Source: a virus | Taxonomy: Duplodnaviria > Caudoviricetes | Length of the DNA stretch: 64,000 nt | Virus record (IMG/VR): IMGVR_UViG_3300029305_001557 | Location: 1-64,000 of that record | Reading direction: 5' to 3' (one strand) | Shown: piece by piece, positions 63,473 through 64,000 of the stretch | Layout of the letters: the number at the start of each line of letters is the position of its first letter | Position numbering within the stretch: the first letter of the stretch is position 1 | Position numbers and translations under genes: made by a program | The notes under the pieces: model-generated | The model's database searches: none | What the model was told of the DNA's origin: nothing | Seen by the model: only the letters and a program-made list of their open reading frames with translations

Positions 63473-63781
63473 TCAGTCTTTCAGCTCTCTTTCTTTGATG
63501 ATTTCCACACACAAACAGGACTTCTCTTCAATCTTCATAAGCTCTGAATAAATGCCCTTTATGGTCTTCATCTCTTCGCTGTCTTCAGCTAACTGCTCTT
63601 CCTTGACTTTCTTTATCAGGTCATCTTTCATTTTAATGAAAGTCTGATACACACCGGCAAGGTGGTTCTTCAAACCCGACACATAGCCGAGGTCTTTGTC
63701 TTTGCAATGGTCTCTAAACTGCTCTGCTGTTCCGTCAATTAAGACTCCCAACTCTGTGGTATTCTCTGCTACAGACATCAC
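63473..63781 (-). CDS. Hypothetical helical protein (102 aa)
   Basis: GGAGGAAG RBS. Confidence 0.7.
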   Translation of the reverse strand: MMSVAENTTELGVLIDGTAEQFRDHCKDKDLGYVSGLKNHLAGVYQTFIKMKDDLIKKVKEEQLAEDSEEMKTIKGIYSELMKIEEKSCLCVEIIKERELKD

Positions 63782-63793
63782 ACTTCCTCCTCT

Positions 63794-64000
63794 CTACAAT
63801 ACTTTATTCAGATGAATGAATGTGTATATCCCTGCTAAGCATACAAGGGCTTCAAAGGGTCTCCCTGTAAACAGATATACAAAGAACAACACAAACAGCA
63901 CCGCAAATGAAAACAGAGTCGCAAGAGTCAACAGCTTCTTAACCGTAGACACTACAAAGGTCATAAGCTTGTCGAACCCTCGCTTGATAAAGGCAATCAT
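63794..64000 (-). CDS. Small membrane protein, possibly 5'-truncated by the window edge
   Basis: Two hydrophobic segments. Confidence 0.55.
   Translation of the reverse strand: MIAFIKRGFDKLMTFVVSTVKKLLTLATLFSFAVLFVLFFVYLFTGRPFEALVCLAGIYTFIHLNKVL

Noticed and set aside
62407-63498. 363-aa plus-strand ORF (and other plus-strand ORFs such as 240-548, 3274-3897, 18376-18834, 37249-37728, 44939-45454)
   Set aside because: These are antisense shadows of well-supported minus-strand genes, with no RBS or family motifs. All promoters found point in the minus direction.
1-64000. tRNA/rRNA genes, inteins, introns, integrase or alternative genetic code
   Set aside because: No cloverleaf or rRNA-like segments were seen in the short intergenic gaps. 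Polymerase, helicase, RecA and TerL are of normal length without intein motifs. No integrase is in the window. Genes tile cleanly in the standard code.

Overview
The window is one contiguous segment of a large contractile-tailed (myovirus-like) phage genome. Its host is probably a spore-forming Firmicute (Clostridia-like), judging from the SigA-type promoters, strong GGAGG RBSs, SpoVS and SpoVT/AbrB homologs and the lysin type. Essentially all real genes lie on the minus strand. In plus coordinates, left to right: (1) a 30-bp tandem array and a repeat-rich non-coding region; (2) small accessory genes (AbrB/SpoVT-like, UPF0489 arginase-fold, orphan MazF); (3) a 7-deazaguanine DNA-modification cluster (long DpdA-like protein, folE, queC, queE, queD) interleaved with unknown genes, SpoVS and a signal peptidase I; (4) nucleotide metabolism, recombination and replication genes (ThyX, dNTP diphosphohydrolase, Cas4-like exonuclease, two resolvase-like nucleases, RecA, family A polymerase, HU, SSB, primase, helicase, loader, SF2 helicase); (5) lysis genes; (6) a diversity-generating retroelement (RT, TR and VR; 18 TR/VR mismatches, all at TR adenines; no avd visible) targeting the tail-fibre C-terminus; (7) baseplate, tape measure, chaperone with a -1 frameshift, tube, sheath, neck, N4-gp56-type capsid, scaffold, portal and TerL; (8) an ATP-dependent ligase with a foreign domain insertion. 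The best leads are a shared N-terminal [LM][RK]A[YF]A motif on the capsid, the scaffold and a 60-aa Arg/Gly peptide, with two phage peptidases as candidate processing enzymes; a DpdA fused to a Cys4/helical, possibly small-terminase-like, C-terminal module; the avd-less DGR; and a duplicated structured intergenic element. Family assignments come from my own motif recognition, not from database searches.
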